Positions 19,543-29,435 of a DNA stretch of 64,000 nucleotides are shown piece after piece. Location: positions 32,001 through 96,000 of IMG/VR virus record IMGVR_UViG_3300032307_000731. One strand, written 5' to 3'. The notes beneath the pieces were generated by a model. It worked only from the letters and a program-made list of their open reading frames with translations. It was not told the DNA's origin and did no database searches. The translations under genes were made by a program, and so were the position numbers. This stretch comes from a virus. The stretch's first letter is position 1; every line of letters starts with the position of its first letter.

Positions 19543-20664
19543 TTATATTACGTAAATTTGTCGAGGCATTGCTCTAAATTTCATTTGTTTGTTTAAGTTT
19601 TCTGCGATTAACGCTTCTCGTTCCATTACTTTTTCAGGTCTTAATCTTGTTAACCATCCTTCGGCACCTGTAAGTTCTTCAAGTAATTTTGTTTTTTCAT
19701 CCTTTGCCTCAGTTGATAAAGATTGGTAATCCATCGTTAATTCACTATCAGGTGTTTTAAGATTTCCACTATATTTTCCTCTAACTCTTGCTAAAGTTTC
19801 TTTACAATATGCCGTAAACCATCTTCTAACCCATTGTTGTCCCGGAACGTTTAGGTCTTCCCAACTTAATTCTTCAAGTGGTACATCTGTTGGTAATTTA
19901 ATTACATCAGGATTATTTTTTAAACAATCCGCTCTATTGTCAGGTGTTACATCATAATACCAATACCAAACTGCTTTACCAACATATTGTCCATAACTTG
20001 ACCAGTTGAATCTTCCTCCCGGTGTATTGTATAAGTGAATGTTTTTCTTACCATCAGGTAAACCTGTTATTCTATATGTTAAAGAGCCACCTAAAATTCT
20101 GTTAAGAATATTTGATTCTTGTGCTCTGATTAAGTAATCGAATCCTGACATCATAAAGTAAGACCCCTGATTACCCATTTGAGCAAAACCTGCTTCACTA
20201 GCACCAAGTCCAACACCACCAAAAGGACCTGCCATACCACCTAATCCAAGATTATATGGACGGTCACTAAACCATAAAAGTTCGTTAACTTCTCTACCTG
20301 CGGGAATTTCATATGTTTGGACATTCTTCTCAAGAATAAAATAATCTTTCTTTAACACCCAAGGACCTTCAGTTTGAAGACCGACGATTTTAGAATACGA
20401 ATAACTAAACTGTTGTTCAAAATCCATGGTTCGAGTAATCAAAGCTTTTGCAACTGATTTCTCATTCATGTTTAGGTTAACTAAATTAACCCATTGACTA
20501 TCTATTAACCATTGAAGAACATATTCTTCATAGTCACCTATAGATAATTCCATTAACGAGTCCATCATTTCATCCTCAAGTTCAACACTTCTAAGTGGTG
20601 CACCTAATTGATGTTTGACTCTAGTATAAATTTTACTTCTTTCTGGTTCCGGTATAACTGCCAT
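19543..20664 (-). CDS. head-tail adaptor/neck protein (T4 gp13-like)
   Basis: VKHQLGAPLRSVEL at the N-terminus and WVRRWFTAYCKETLARVRGKY near the C-terminus. Confidence 0.75.
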   Translation of the reverse strand: MAVIPEPERSKIYTRVKHQLGAPLRSVELEDEMMDSLMELSIGDYEEYVLQWLIDSQWVNLVNLNMNEKSVAKALITRTMDFEQQFSYSYSKIVGLQTEGPWVLKKDYFILEKNVQTYEIPAGREVNELLWFSDRPYNLGLGGMAGPFGGVGLGASEAGFAQMGNQGSYFMMSGFDYLIRAQESNILNRILGGSLTYRITGLPDGKKNIHLYNTPGGRFNWSSYGQYVGKAVWYWYYDVTPDNRADCLKNNPDVIKLPTDVPLEELSWEDLNVPGQQWVRRWFTAYCKETLARVRGKYSGNLKTPDSELTMDYQSLSTEAKDEKTKLLEELTGAEGWLTRLRPEKVMEREALIAENLNKQMKFRAMPRQIYVI

Positions 20665-20687
20665 AACTATAAATATATTGTTAAATA

Positions 20688-22220
20688 TTATTGTATATCA
20701 TATAATAAAGAATCTAATGGAAATAAAAAGTTACCATTAACAATTACAGGTTTTTTATCAAAAACTAAAACATTTTTACCTTTTTGAAAAATCATTAAAT
20801 CCGTTTTATACATTTTAACACTTGCGGTTCCCTCAAGTAAAATACCCTCATCTGTTATCTTTTTTTCTCGGAAAGGTTTAACTTGAGCGGTTTTAGTTAC
20901 ACCATCTTTGGTTATCTCTAAATCAATTCCACCAATTCCATCTCTTTTACTTCCAAGTTCACCAACAATTTCAACTTTAACACCTTTACCAAAATATCTT
21001 CTTAATATTGAAGCTGTTATCTCTTCACGTTTTGAACCCGCAGCATCCTTAACAATTAAGACCTTTAACAAGTTTTGAAATGTTGAACTCTCTCGATTAA
21101 ATATTTTAAATTTATAATAGTTAATTGCTGAAACAAATCTTGTAGCTTCTTTTTTTTGTTCTTCAATATTTTTATTTCTAAAATTAATTGGTGGTTCTTT
21201 TGTTAATTTTGTAATAACTTGATTTAAATCATTTAATAAAATACAGAATGTTGTGTAATTCGTATTTAATTTATTAATTATTGACCGACCTGGTCCTTCT
21301 AAGTCATAGACACCTGACATTTGGTTATTACTTGGATTTTGAATATAATTTTCGGAAAAAACTTCTTTCAAAATCCTATCAATACCATGCATATAAATCC
21401 ATTTAACATCTTCGTTAGTGTTAAATAAAGTTCTATAAAATTCGTTTTCAGATGATGAACACATTTCTGATTTACCTTCACTTAATATTAGTCTCATTTT
21501 TGTGGACTCTAAAAGTTTTGTTTCAGTTTTCATTTCATATAATTTGGAAACAAAATTCCAATTCACAACTTTCCAAAAGTTTGAGATATACTCATCTCTC
21601 TTATTCCTATACTTTAGATAGTAAGCGTGTTCCCATAAATCTAATCCTAATAGTGGGAATCCACCACCTTCGATAACATTCATTAGTGGGTTATCTTGGT
21701 TTGGGGTAGACATAATTTTTAAAGTATTTCTTGATGTTAAAACTAACCATACCCAACCCGAACCAAATCGTTCTTTTGCAATTTTTTCAAATTCTTTTTT
21801 AAAGGTAGGAAAACTACCATATTGTTTGGTAATTTTATTTAAAAGTTCCCCTTTAAGTTTTGTGGGTGTTGGTGATAACATATTCCAAAACAATGCGTGG
21901 TTAAATGCACCTCCGGCATTATTTCGAATTGTTTTATCAAATCGACTAATTGTTTTAATTATTTGAATTAGTTCTAAATCCCCGTATTTTTTCTTTGAAA
22001 GAGCGTCATTCAATTTATCCACGTATCCCTTGTAATGTTTGTTGTAGTGAAATTCCATTGTTTCGGGGTCAATGAATTGTTTCAAGGCTGAGTAAGAGTA
22101 AGGTAATTTTTCAATCCCTATTTTCTTCATTTCTGTAATCAACAGATTTTTTTCCTTAAGTACGTGGTTCCCAAGGATTGTTGTTTCTAATTGTTGAATT
22201 TTTTGTTCTATTTTTTTCAT
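20688..22220 (-). CDS. sod: Fe/Mn superoxide dismutase with a long C-terminal extension (possible PD-(D/E)XK-like domain)
   Basis: LPYSYSAL, FHYNKHY, FNHALFW, FGSGWVWL, DLWEHAYY; extension contains GGIDLEI...TAQVK. Confidence 0.9.
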   Translation of the reverse strand: MKKIEQKIQQLETTILGNHVLKEKNLLITEMKKIGIEKLPYSYSALKQFIDPETMEFHYNKHYKGYVDKLNDALSKKKYGDLELIQIIKTISRFDKTIRNNAGGAFNHALFWNMLSPTPTKLKGELLNKITKQYGSFPTFKKEFEKIAKERFGSGWVWLVLTSRNTLKIMSTPNQDNPLMNVIEGGGFPLLGLDLWEHAYYLKYRNKRDEYISNFWKVVNWNFVSKLYEMKTETKLLESTKMRLILSEGKSEMCSSSENEFYRTLFNTNEDVKWIYMHGIDRILKEVFSENYIQNPSNNQMSGVYDLEGPGRSIINKLNTNYTTFCILLNDLNQVITKLTKEPPINFRNKNIEEQKKEATRFVSAINYYKFKIFNRESSTFQNLLKVLIVKDAAGSKREEITASILRRYFGKGVKVEIVGELGSKRDGIGGIDLEITKDGVTKTAQVKPFREKKITDEGILLEGTASVKMYKTDLMIFQKGKNVLVFDKKPVIVNGNFLFPLDSLLYDIQ

Positions 22221-22262
22221 ATGTTTGGATTAACCATTACATATAAATAATCAAAAAATAGT

Positions 22263-24017
22263 TTAACGACGCATTTCATTAATTCTCTTTAATATTTCTT
22301 CCGCGGCATCAGCTGTATTTTGATTATCTCCCATGACGGTGGCTATCACTTGTTTTTTATTATGTAGTATGTCGTAAATAATACCCTCAATAGTATTTTC
22401 AAAAATTGGGTAATAAACTAATACATTATTTTTTTGACCATAACGATATGCTCGGTCTTCCGCTTGTGCGTGGTCAGATGGTAAAAATGATAAATCATTA
22501 AAGATAACAGCTTCGGCGGATGTTAAAGTAATACCAACACCAGCGGCTTTAATATTACCAACAAATACTTTTACTTTTTCGTTTTCTTGAAATTGGTCCA
22601 CACTAAATTGTCTTTCAACCTTTGACATTGACCCATCAAGTTTAACCGCAGCTTTCCCAAAATGTTCTGTTATTTTATTTAATGAATCAGTAAAATTACA
22701 GAATATAATAACTTTTTTATCTTGTTCTATAATGTTCTCAGCTATCTCGATAGTTTGTGCAATTTTTTCATCGGCAATAATTTGACGAACTTTGGTCAGT
22801 TTGGTAAATTGTACCGTTAAAGATTTTGATTCTTCCGGATTTTTTTCATACCAATTATAGTAGTCACCCATTACTTCCTCGTATACTTTTGATTTTAATC
22901 TCAAATATACTGGTGTAATAATTTTGTCGGGTAAATCTAATACATTTTCTTTTAACCTTCTTAAGGTTAGACCTACGGTTCTATCTCTCAATTCTTCAAG
23001 GTTTGATGCTCCTTGAACGTTCCAAATTTTTCTTGGACCAACTTTAAATTGAAAACCGGCACAATAACGAATAACATATGCCATCCAATTCTTGGCAACA
23101 GGTGAATCAATTAAACTAAGTAAATTAAAATAATCGATTGGACGGGATGTCATTGGTGTACCGGTTAACAACCATAATCTATCAACACTCTTGGTGATGT
23201 CGTTAATAAGTTTTGTTCTTTGAGCTTGGGCATTTTTGATATAGTGTGCCTCATCAATAATAATTAAATCGAATTTGGACATTAAAATTAACGACTCATC
23301 TTTTTTCTTAGGGTCGTGAAAATTTTTAATAATATCGTAATTAACAATAACAAAATCATCTTCTGTACTAAATTGTTTTCCTTCAGATATGAATATACTT
23401 CGGTCTGAATAATTTTCTATTTCTCGTTTCCAGTTAATTTTTAAAGTTGCCGGACAAATTATTAAAATTTTCTTTGCTCCGGTTTCTAACGCGGCTATAA
23501 TAGTTGATGTGGTTTTACCAAGACCCATATCATCGGCAAGGATAAACTTTTTATTCTCAACTAATTTTTGGATTGCCTCTTTTTGATGTTCAAGAGGTGG
23601 ACGATTAGAATATTTTGAATAATCTATTACAACATCTTTAACCGAATTATCTTTAATGATTGCGGCTTTTGGTAACCAAAAGTGGTGGAATTCCTCATTC
23701 TCAAATACTTTACCCCAAATATGATACGCCTTTTCTTTATCACATAATAGTTTTTCTACCCAAACTTTTTGTGGTATTTCCGTGTATAGTTTATCGTCGG
23801 CGAGTTTTTGAGCAAAGTAGGCATCAAGTATTACCCATTTTTTTGCAACTTTGGGTTGTTTGTCATGATTATTAACAATATATTCTGATTGACTCCTTGT
23901 TGGATAAAACTTTCTGTTTAATTGAGATTTACGTTTTAATTCAATTAAATAATTATTACCCCCTTCATAAGTTTCCAATAGGGATAACGCCTTTGACTCT
24001 ATACTAGTATTTTCCAT
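22263..24017 (-). CDS. SNF2-family (SMARCAL1/HARP-like) helicase
   Basis: ILADDMGLGKT, DEAH, LTGTP, QAEDRAYRYGQ. Confidence 0.9.
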   Translation of the reverse strand: MENTSIESKALSLLETYEGGNNYLIELKRKSQLNRKFYPTRSQSEYIVNNHDKQPKVAKKWVILDAYFAQKLADDKLYTEIPQKVWVEKLLCDKEKAYHIWGKVFENEEFHHFWLPKAAIIKDNSVKDVVIDYSKYSNRPPLEHQKEAIQKLVENKKFILADDMGLGKTTSTIIAALETGAKKILIICPATLKINWKREIENYSDRSIFISEGKQFSTEDDFVIVNYDIIKNFHDPKKKDESLILMSKFDLIIIDEAHYIKNAQAQRTKLINDITKSVDRLWLLTGTPMTSRPIDYFNLLSLIDSPVAKNWMAYVIRYCAGFQFKVGPRKIWNVQGASNLEELRDRTVGLTLRRLKENVLDLPDKIITPVYLRLKSKVYEEVMGDYYNWYEKNPEESKSLTVQFTKLTKVRQIIADEKIAQTIEIAENIIEQDKKVIIFCNFTDSLNKITEHFGKAAVKLDGSMSKVERQFSVDQFQENEKVKVFVGNIKAAGVGITLTSAEAVIFNDLSFLPSDHAQAEDRAYRYGQKNNVLVYYPIFENTIEGIIYDILHNKKQVIATVMGDNQNTADAAEEILKRINEMRR

Positions 24018-24385
24018 TATTCAAACACACTACCATTACCATAGTTTATTAACAATTCTTCCTCTTCATTAATATCTCTTAATGCAAAATATACAAATGT
24101 TCGTTCTTCATTATTTGTGTACCAATCAACATTTGGTGTTTCAGAGTGATTGTAATATGAACCATAACCCAACACCAACGCATGTTCATCCCAATTTTCA
24201 GAACGAGGATAGCAAAATGAATAATTTGAAAAAACCGGTATTTTTTCCTTAGAATTTTGAGGAAAAGAAAGAAAAGGGCATACATCTATTACTTCACCTT
24301 TTTTTATGGTTTGTGAAGAAAAAACCCCTAAATTATGTAAGGGACTGTCTTTTAAATATATTTTAGTTGGAGGACTGATTTTCAT
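24017..24385 (-). CDS. SET-domain protein-lysine methyltransferase
   Basis: HNLGVFS, YYNHSETPN, ALRDINEEEELLINYG. Confidence 0.85.
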   Translation of the reverse strand: MKISPPTKIYLKDSPLHNLGVFSSQTIKKGEVIDVCPFLSFPQNSKEKIPVFSNYSFCYPRSENWDEHALVLGYGSYYNHSETPNVDWYTNNEERTFVYFALRDINEEEELLINYGNGSVFE

Positions 24386-24457
24386 ATTTCTTTAAATATA
24401 GTTAATAACCGAGTATTTATCAATATATGAAAATAACACAACAAAAACATTATTAAT

Positions 24458-24970
24458 ATGCAAAAATTAGTTCCAATAACAAGACTAGGTAAATTCTTTG
24501 GTGCTGAAGATTATGCTTTGGATATTGGTATGGGTGAAGAATGGTTATTGGGAGATATGAACTTTACCGTAATTCTTTACCGTATTGATAGATATAAAAC
24601 CAAAACGGATGATGTTTATGGTGAGGTAACGGAAGATGGTATTCAATTTATGGCACCTGTTGAATTACAAGGATTAGTTCAAGTTATGGCACCAACCTCT
24701 AAGAATTATGGAAATTCACGAGTTGAATTACAAGAACCTGGTAATATGAAATTTTCATTGTATCAAAAAACTCTTGACGATATGGGTGTTGAGATATTCC
24801 AAGGGGATTATCTTGGGTATTATGAAACTGAAGATAGAGTTAGATATTATGTTGTAAGTGATGATGGATATGTTAGGTCAGATAATAAACATACATATGG
24901 AGGATACAAACCATTCTACAGAAGTGTTGTTGCAACTTATGTAAGTGAAAACGAATTTAGAGGAATATAA
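24458..24970 (+). CDS. putative neck/head-closure protein
   Basis: Motif DDVYGE, late-type motif upstream, and position among neck genes. Confidence 0.55.
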   Translation: MQKLVPITRLGKFFGAEDYALDIGMGEEWLLGDMNFTVILYRIDRYKTKTDDVYGEVTEDGIQFMAPVELQGLVQVMAPTSKNYGNSRVELQEPGNMKFSLYQKTLDDMGVEIFQGDYLGYYETEDRVRYYVVSDDGYVRSDNKHTYGGYKPFYRSVVATYVSENEFRGI

Positions 24971-25359
24971 TGGAATACGTAATAAAAGAGAGTAAATTAT
25001 TTAATGCCATCTATCAGTATATTAATGGGTCTTATGATTTGACTAAAATTGATTTTTTTAATCCAACCACTTGGAATGATGATGAACATGATGACAAAGA
25101 AAATCCATATATTACGGAGTTTTTCAATACAGAATATGATGGTGATTATGATGAAAATGGGATGTTATTTATTTATATTGTAAAGGAATATTATTCAGAT
25201 GAACCTTCAAGACAATCTTTTATAAATCAAACACCAATTTTAATTGTTAATGATTATGGAAAATTAGAAACAATGTTTGGTGAATATTGGAAAGACCCTT
25301 TTAAAAAATGGTTTGAAAATAAATTTGAATTACCTGTTAAAACAATTGTTGCTGATTAA
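24970..25359 (+). CDS. acidic hypothetical protein, paralog of the next gene
   Basis: MEYVIKESKLFNAIYQY...MFGEYWKDPFKKWFENKFELPVK. Confidence 0.8.
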   Translation: MEYVIKESKLFNAIYQYINGSYDLTKIDFFNPTTWNDDEHDDKENPYITEFFNTEYDGDYDENGMLFIYIVKEYYSDEPSRQSFINQTPILIVNDYGKLETMFGEYWKDPFKKWFENKFELPVKTIVAD

Positions 25360-25760
25360 TGGAATACGTAATAACAGAGAGTAGATTATTTAATGCTATC
25401 TATCAGTATCTTGATAGTTATCTAAACCCAAACGAAATTGATTGGGTTTATGGAGTTGGTACTGATGAAGATGGTTATGAGGATATAGATAAGGATGATG
25501 AAAACTTTTTAATGTTCTTTAAAGGAGAGTGGAATGGGGAAGATGATACTGACATAGTTTTTTATTATTTTGATGTGGATTATTATGAAAATAGTCCATC
25601 AACTAAATCGTTTAGAAATCAAGCACCTATTTTAGAAGTTATGGGTAAATATGGTGAACATTTAGACACTATGTTTGATGACCATTGGGTCGAACCTATG
25701 AAAAAATGGGTTCAAGATAATTTTAAATTACCGGTTAAATCGGTATCAACACATTATTAA
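25359..25760 (+). CDS. acidic hypothetical protein, paralog of the previous gene
   Basis: MEYVITESRLFNAIYQY...MFDDHWVEPMKKWVQDNFKLPVK. Confidence 0.8.
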   Translation: MEYVITESRLFNAIYQYLDSYLNPNEIDWVYGVGTDEDGYEDIDKDDENFLMFFKGEWNGEDDTDIVFYYFDVDYYENSPSTKSFRNQAPILEVMGKYGEHLDTMFDDHWVEPMKKWVQDNFKLPVKSVSTHY

Positions 25761-25762
25761 TA

Positions 25763-26296
25763 ATGAAAGTATTAGTTAAAGAATCTCAATTAAGAAGAAT
25801 ATTTGAAATTGTCACAAAAGATAAAGTAATTTGTGACGAGTGTGGTTGGTCATGGGATTTAGCTGATGGTGGTGACGACCCTTATATTTGTCATAAATGT
25901 GGTCATGATAATGAAGAAAAAAAACATATAGGTGATAGAGTTATGGTGTATTATAATCTACATAAGCATACTTTTTCAGTTACTTATGATGGTAGGGTTA
26001 TAACTCATGCTGACTATGTTAAATTAACAGATGTTGAATTTAGGGTAAGACAAGGTGGTAGAGAAAAAGTTATTAAAGAAAAAAGAAAAAATGTTCATTC
26101 GTTTGTGATTGGTACTTTAGTGGATTATTGTAAATACCCATGTGAAAACCTACCGGATGAACCGAATAATAATATTGTTACATACAACCCTTACAAATAT
26201 AATACTTATGTAATGAAGGGTACTGAAGAGCCAGTATATCGAGCAAATGAGGTCGATATGATTAATTTAAAGAATAAATTATTTATAATAAGTTAA
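25763..26296 (+). CDS. zinc-ribbon + conserved phage domain of unknown function
   Basis: CDEC...CHKC, then VYYNLHK...KRKNVHSFVIG. Confidence 0.7.
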   Translation: MKVLVKESQLRRIFEIVTKDKVICDECGWSWDLADGGDDPYICHKCGHDNEEKKHIGDRVMVYYNLHKHTFSVTYDGRVITHADYVKLTDVEFRVRQGGREKVIKEKRKNVHSFVIGTLVDYCKYPCENLPDEPNNNIVTYNPYKYNTYVMKGTEEPVYRANEVDMINLKNKLFIIS

Positions 26297-26301
26297 AAAA
26301 A

Positions 26302-28101
26302 ATGAGATTATTAAAATTCCTTAATCAAAATATATTGAATGAGGTTTCTGAAAAAGTTAAGAACCAATTATATTCAAAATTTAAAGATGATACTTCTGAT
26401 AGCCGTGAAGTTATAGTATCATATATTGATTTATTTGACCGATACAAAGATAGTTTGTCTTCTGATAAGAGAGATATTACAAAATATTCATATAATGAGT
26501 TAAAATCATTAGTGGATTCAAAACAAAATGCCAAACTAATTTCTGACATTTTTAAACAATTTAAGAAAAAAGAAAAAGGAATTGAAAATAATGTATTAAA
26601 AAAATACATTAAAAAGTTTTTGGAAATCCAATCAGAACTTCCAAAAGAGTTTCAAGATATAACCAAACTAAAATTTTTACAAGTAGTTAAACTAATTGAC
26701 AAAGCGTATTCTCAAATATTAACTAATAAGATGATTGAAAAATTTTCTGAAGAGAATCCAAATTTAACAAAAGACCAAATTGTTTTTTATCTTGACACAT
26801 ATAATGAGAATTTTGATTTAATTCCATTTGAAACAAAAGGTATTGATAAAATGTCTTTTGATGAGTTGGAACATTTGTTGGATGGGTTAGAAGGAAAAAA
26901 AGACGCTACCGACAAAAGCAAAGAAGAGGTCGGTGACATTGATTTGAAATATGACCAAAACAATTTGAAAATATTTGCACCAAAAACAAAAGACCAATGT
27001 ATTCGTTTAAAAAATGGTAGAGGTTGGTGTACTAGTCGTGAAGGTAGTGGTAATATGTATTACAATTATAGATTAGGTAGTGAAAGAACTCTTTATTATG
27101 TAATTGATGAAGACAAAAGTTTTGATGATTTAAACTTTGCAACCGTAATTCTTGTTGACCCTAATGGAAGAAAATCAATGGCAGATAAATCTAACTCGGG
27201 AAAATATGGAGGTAGTACTAATTTACCTTGGGATGAGATTGTTTCAAAAGTGCCAAAACTTAAAGGGTTAGAAAATATTTTTGTACCGGAACCTTTAACT
27301 CAACAGGAAAGAGAATTGATTAATACAGTTAAAAATGTAAGGGTTGGTGATAATCCAATGGAGTCTTTTGAAAACCCACAACAAGTAGAAATGTGGTTAG
27401 AGTATAATAGCCCAAATTTAAACGATATTCAATATTCTAATTTAACTCCGGACTTAAAGAAAAAATACATTGCGTTAGGAATGAACTTAACTTCTCCAAT
27501 GATTAAATCTTCCGAACCTGAAGTGTTAAAATATTATATTAGTAAAAAAATTGATGTAATTAAAAATAAGGACATTAGTAGTTTAACGAATGAAGAAATT
27601 TCATTATTAGAAACTCCTATGTTGAAAAAACTTAAAGAAGAGTTAAAACCAAAATTTGCAAATTCATTAACTTCTAATGGTGATAGATTAATAATTGATG
27701 ATTTTGAGAGAGGTTCTGCAGCTAAATTTATTAGATTGTATGGGTTAGAGGATTTATTTTCAAATATACCTAAAACTATTACAGAATTCCAAATTCAAAA
27801 TAAAACACAGAACGTGGTTAATATCACAATCCCTCAAGACATTGGAAGGTTTAAAGATTTGGATATGATTATGTTAGATAATTGTATAAGTTCTATACCT
27901 GATAGTGTTTGTACTTTACCAAAATTAAGATTTTTATCTTTAATTAACAATGAAAGATTAACATCCATTCCTGAATGTATTGCCAATTTACCAACGATAA
28001 TATTTCTTAATCTTAAAAATAGTAAAAATGTAGTTATACCTGAAAACATTAAACAAAGAGGTAACGACATGGGTGGCGGAATGTGGGATTTAGGAGAATA
28101 A
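26302..28101 (+). CDS. leucine-rich-repeat protein with a central PcfJ-like (WCT) domain
   Basis: GRGWCTS...LYYVID; C-terminal LRR units (IPDSVCTLPKLRFLSL, IPECIANLPTIIFLNL). Confidence 0.7.
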   Translation: MRLLKFLNQNILNEVSEKVKNQLYSKFKDDTSDSREVIVSYIDLFDRYKDSLSSDKRDITKYSYNELKSLVDSKQNAKLISDIFKQFKKKEKGIENNVLKKYIKKFLEIQSELPKEFQDITKLKFLQVVKLIDKAYSQILTNKMIEKFSEENPNLTKDQIVFYLDTYNENFDLIPFETKGIDKMSFDELEHLLDGLEGKKDATDKSKEEVGDIDLKYDQNNLKIFAPKTKDQCIRLKNGRGWCTSREGSGNMYYNYRLGSERTLYYVIDEDKSFDDLNFATVILVDPNGRKSMADKSNSGKYGGSTNLPWDEIVSKVPKLKGLENIFVPEPLTQQERELINTVKNVRVGDNPMESFENPQQVEMWLEYNSPNLNDIQYSNLTPDLKKKYIALGMNLTSPMIKSSEPEVLKYYISKKIDVIKNKDISSLTNEEISLLETPMLKKLKEELKPKFANSLTSNGDRLIIDDFERGSAAKFIRLYGLEDLFSNIPKTITEFQIQNKTQNVVNITIPQDIGRFKDLDMIMLDNCISSIPDSVCTLPKLRFLSLINNERLTSIPECIANLPTIIFLNLKNSKNVVIPENIKQRGNDMGGGMWDLGE

Positions 28102-28119
28102 TTAAAAAAAAAATAAAAA

Positions 28120-29157
28120 ATGCCATTACCAAAGAAAGTAATACCAACATTACCATTAGTACCACAGAAGACATTGTCTGCTCGTAGGGAACAATTGTTG
28201 GAGTATATCAACAAAGACGGAACTTATTTACCTAAGTCGGTATTACATGCCGATTTGGATAGAGGAATGTTGGATTTTGTTAAAAACGATTTAGAGGTTA
28301 TTACCGCAGGAAAAGTGGTTCCAATGGTGGATATTATAATTACAACACAAAACTGGACTCAATATGTTGAGACTGCCTTATTTGTTGATTTAGATTATAA
28401 CCCATCCCCGCCTTTTATCACGGTAGTTAGAAGTCCTGAAGTTAAGTTTGGTACCAATCCATCATTACAATATACAATCCCTGATAGAAAACAATTCTAC
28501 TACGCGTCTGTTCCAACTTGGAATGGAAACGAACAGGGGATGGATATTTACACAATACCTCAACCGGTTCCCGTAGATATCAATTATAGTGTGAAGATTA
28601 TTTGTAATCGTATGAGAGAACTTAATCAGTTGAATAAAGTGATTATGCAAAAGTTTTCATCAAGACAAGCTTACACATTTATTAAAGGTCAGTATGTTCC
28701 AATCGTAATGAGTAATGTTTCTGATGAATCACAAATGAGTTTGGATTCAAGAAAGTATTATGTTCAAAGTTATGACTTCACCATGTTAGGTTATTTAATA
28801 GATGAAGAAGAGTTTGAAGTTAAACCGGCAATTGCAAGGGTTACTCAACTTATGGAATTAACAGGAACAGGTAATACCAAAAGAGAAAAATACCCAAAGA
28901 ACCCGAATGAATTTTTAGAAAATTATTTATTTGTTGTGGGTAATGATAGTTTAAGTGATGTGGTTGCTTATACCGCAAATCTTTCATTTTCAAATTGGGT
29001 TAATGTAGATTCGTATGATGTCTATATTAATGGTGATTATTTTGGTACCGACGTTCAAAATATTCAAATAACAACAAATGATATTTTACGAATTGATGTT
29101 GTTAAAACTGATGATACTTTAGAGTCAACAATTCAGTTCGAAAACTTACTTGTTTAA
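28120..29157 (+). CDS. putative tail terminator/completion protein (gp15-like)
   Basis: PQPVPVDINYSVKI motif; lies just upstream of the sheath gene. Confidence 0.55.
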   Translation: MPLPKKVIPTLPLVPQKTLSARREQLLEYINKDGTYLPKSVLHADLDRGMLDFVKNDLEVITAGKVVPMVDIIITTQNWTQYVETALFVDLDYNPSPPFITVVRSPEVKFGTNPSLQYTIPDRKQFYYASVPTWNGNEQGMDIYTIPQPVPVDINYSVKIICNRMRELNQLNKVIMQKFSSRQAYTFIKGQYVPIVMSNVSDESQMSLDSRKYYVQSYDFTMLGYLIDEEEFEVKPAIARVTQLMELTGTGNTKREKYPKNPNEFLENYLFVVGNDSLSDVVAYTANLSFSNWVNVDSYDVYINGDYFGTDVQNIQITTNDILRIDVVKTDDTLESTIQFENLLV

Positions 29158-29315
29158 TTTTCCCCATATATATCTTTCTTTTCTTTACAGGTATCTACAA
29201 TTAATTTTTCTAAAAATTTGTACATCTTTAAACCTCGTTTTTCACAATACTTTTTTAGTATCTCGTGGATGGCGGGGTCTATTTTAATATTCTTGATTTC
29301 TTTCGTCTGTTTCAT
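29154..29315 (-). CDS. 53-aa ribbon-helix-helix-like DNA-binding protein (below ORF-track cutoff)
   Basis: MKQTKEIKNIKIDPAIHEILKKYCEKRGLKMYKFLEKLIVDTCKEKKDIYGEN; alternating beta strand, helix, G turn, helix. Confidence 0.65.
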   Translation of the reverse strand: MKQTKEIKNIKIDPAIHEILKKYCEKRGLKMYKFLEKLIVDTCKEKKDIYGEN

Positions 29316-29435
29316 AGGTAGAAAAAAGGTAGAATTTATTCATACTCTTTATTAATAGATATTCAAAAGTAAAGTTTTTTCACATTCTATCTAATATTTA
29401 TCAATAAAATAAATCTGCAATAGAATAATTTAATA

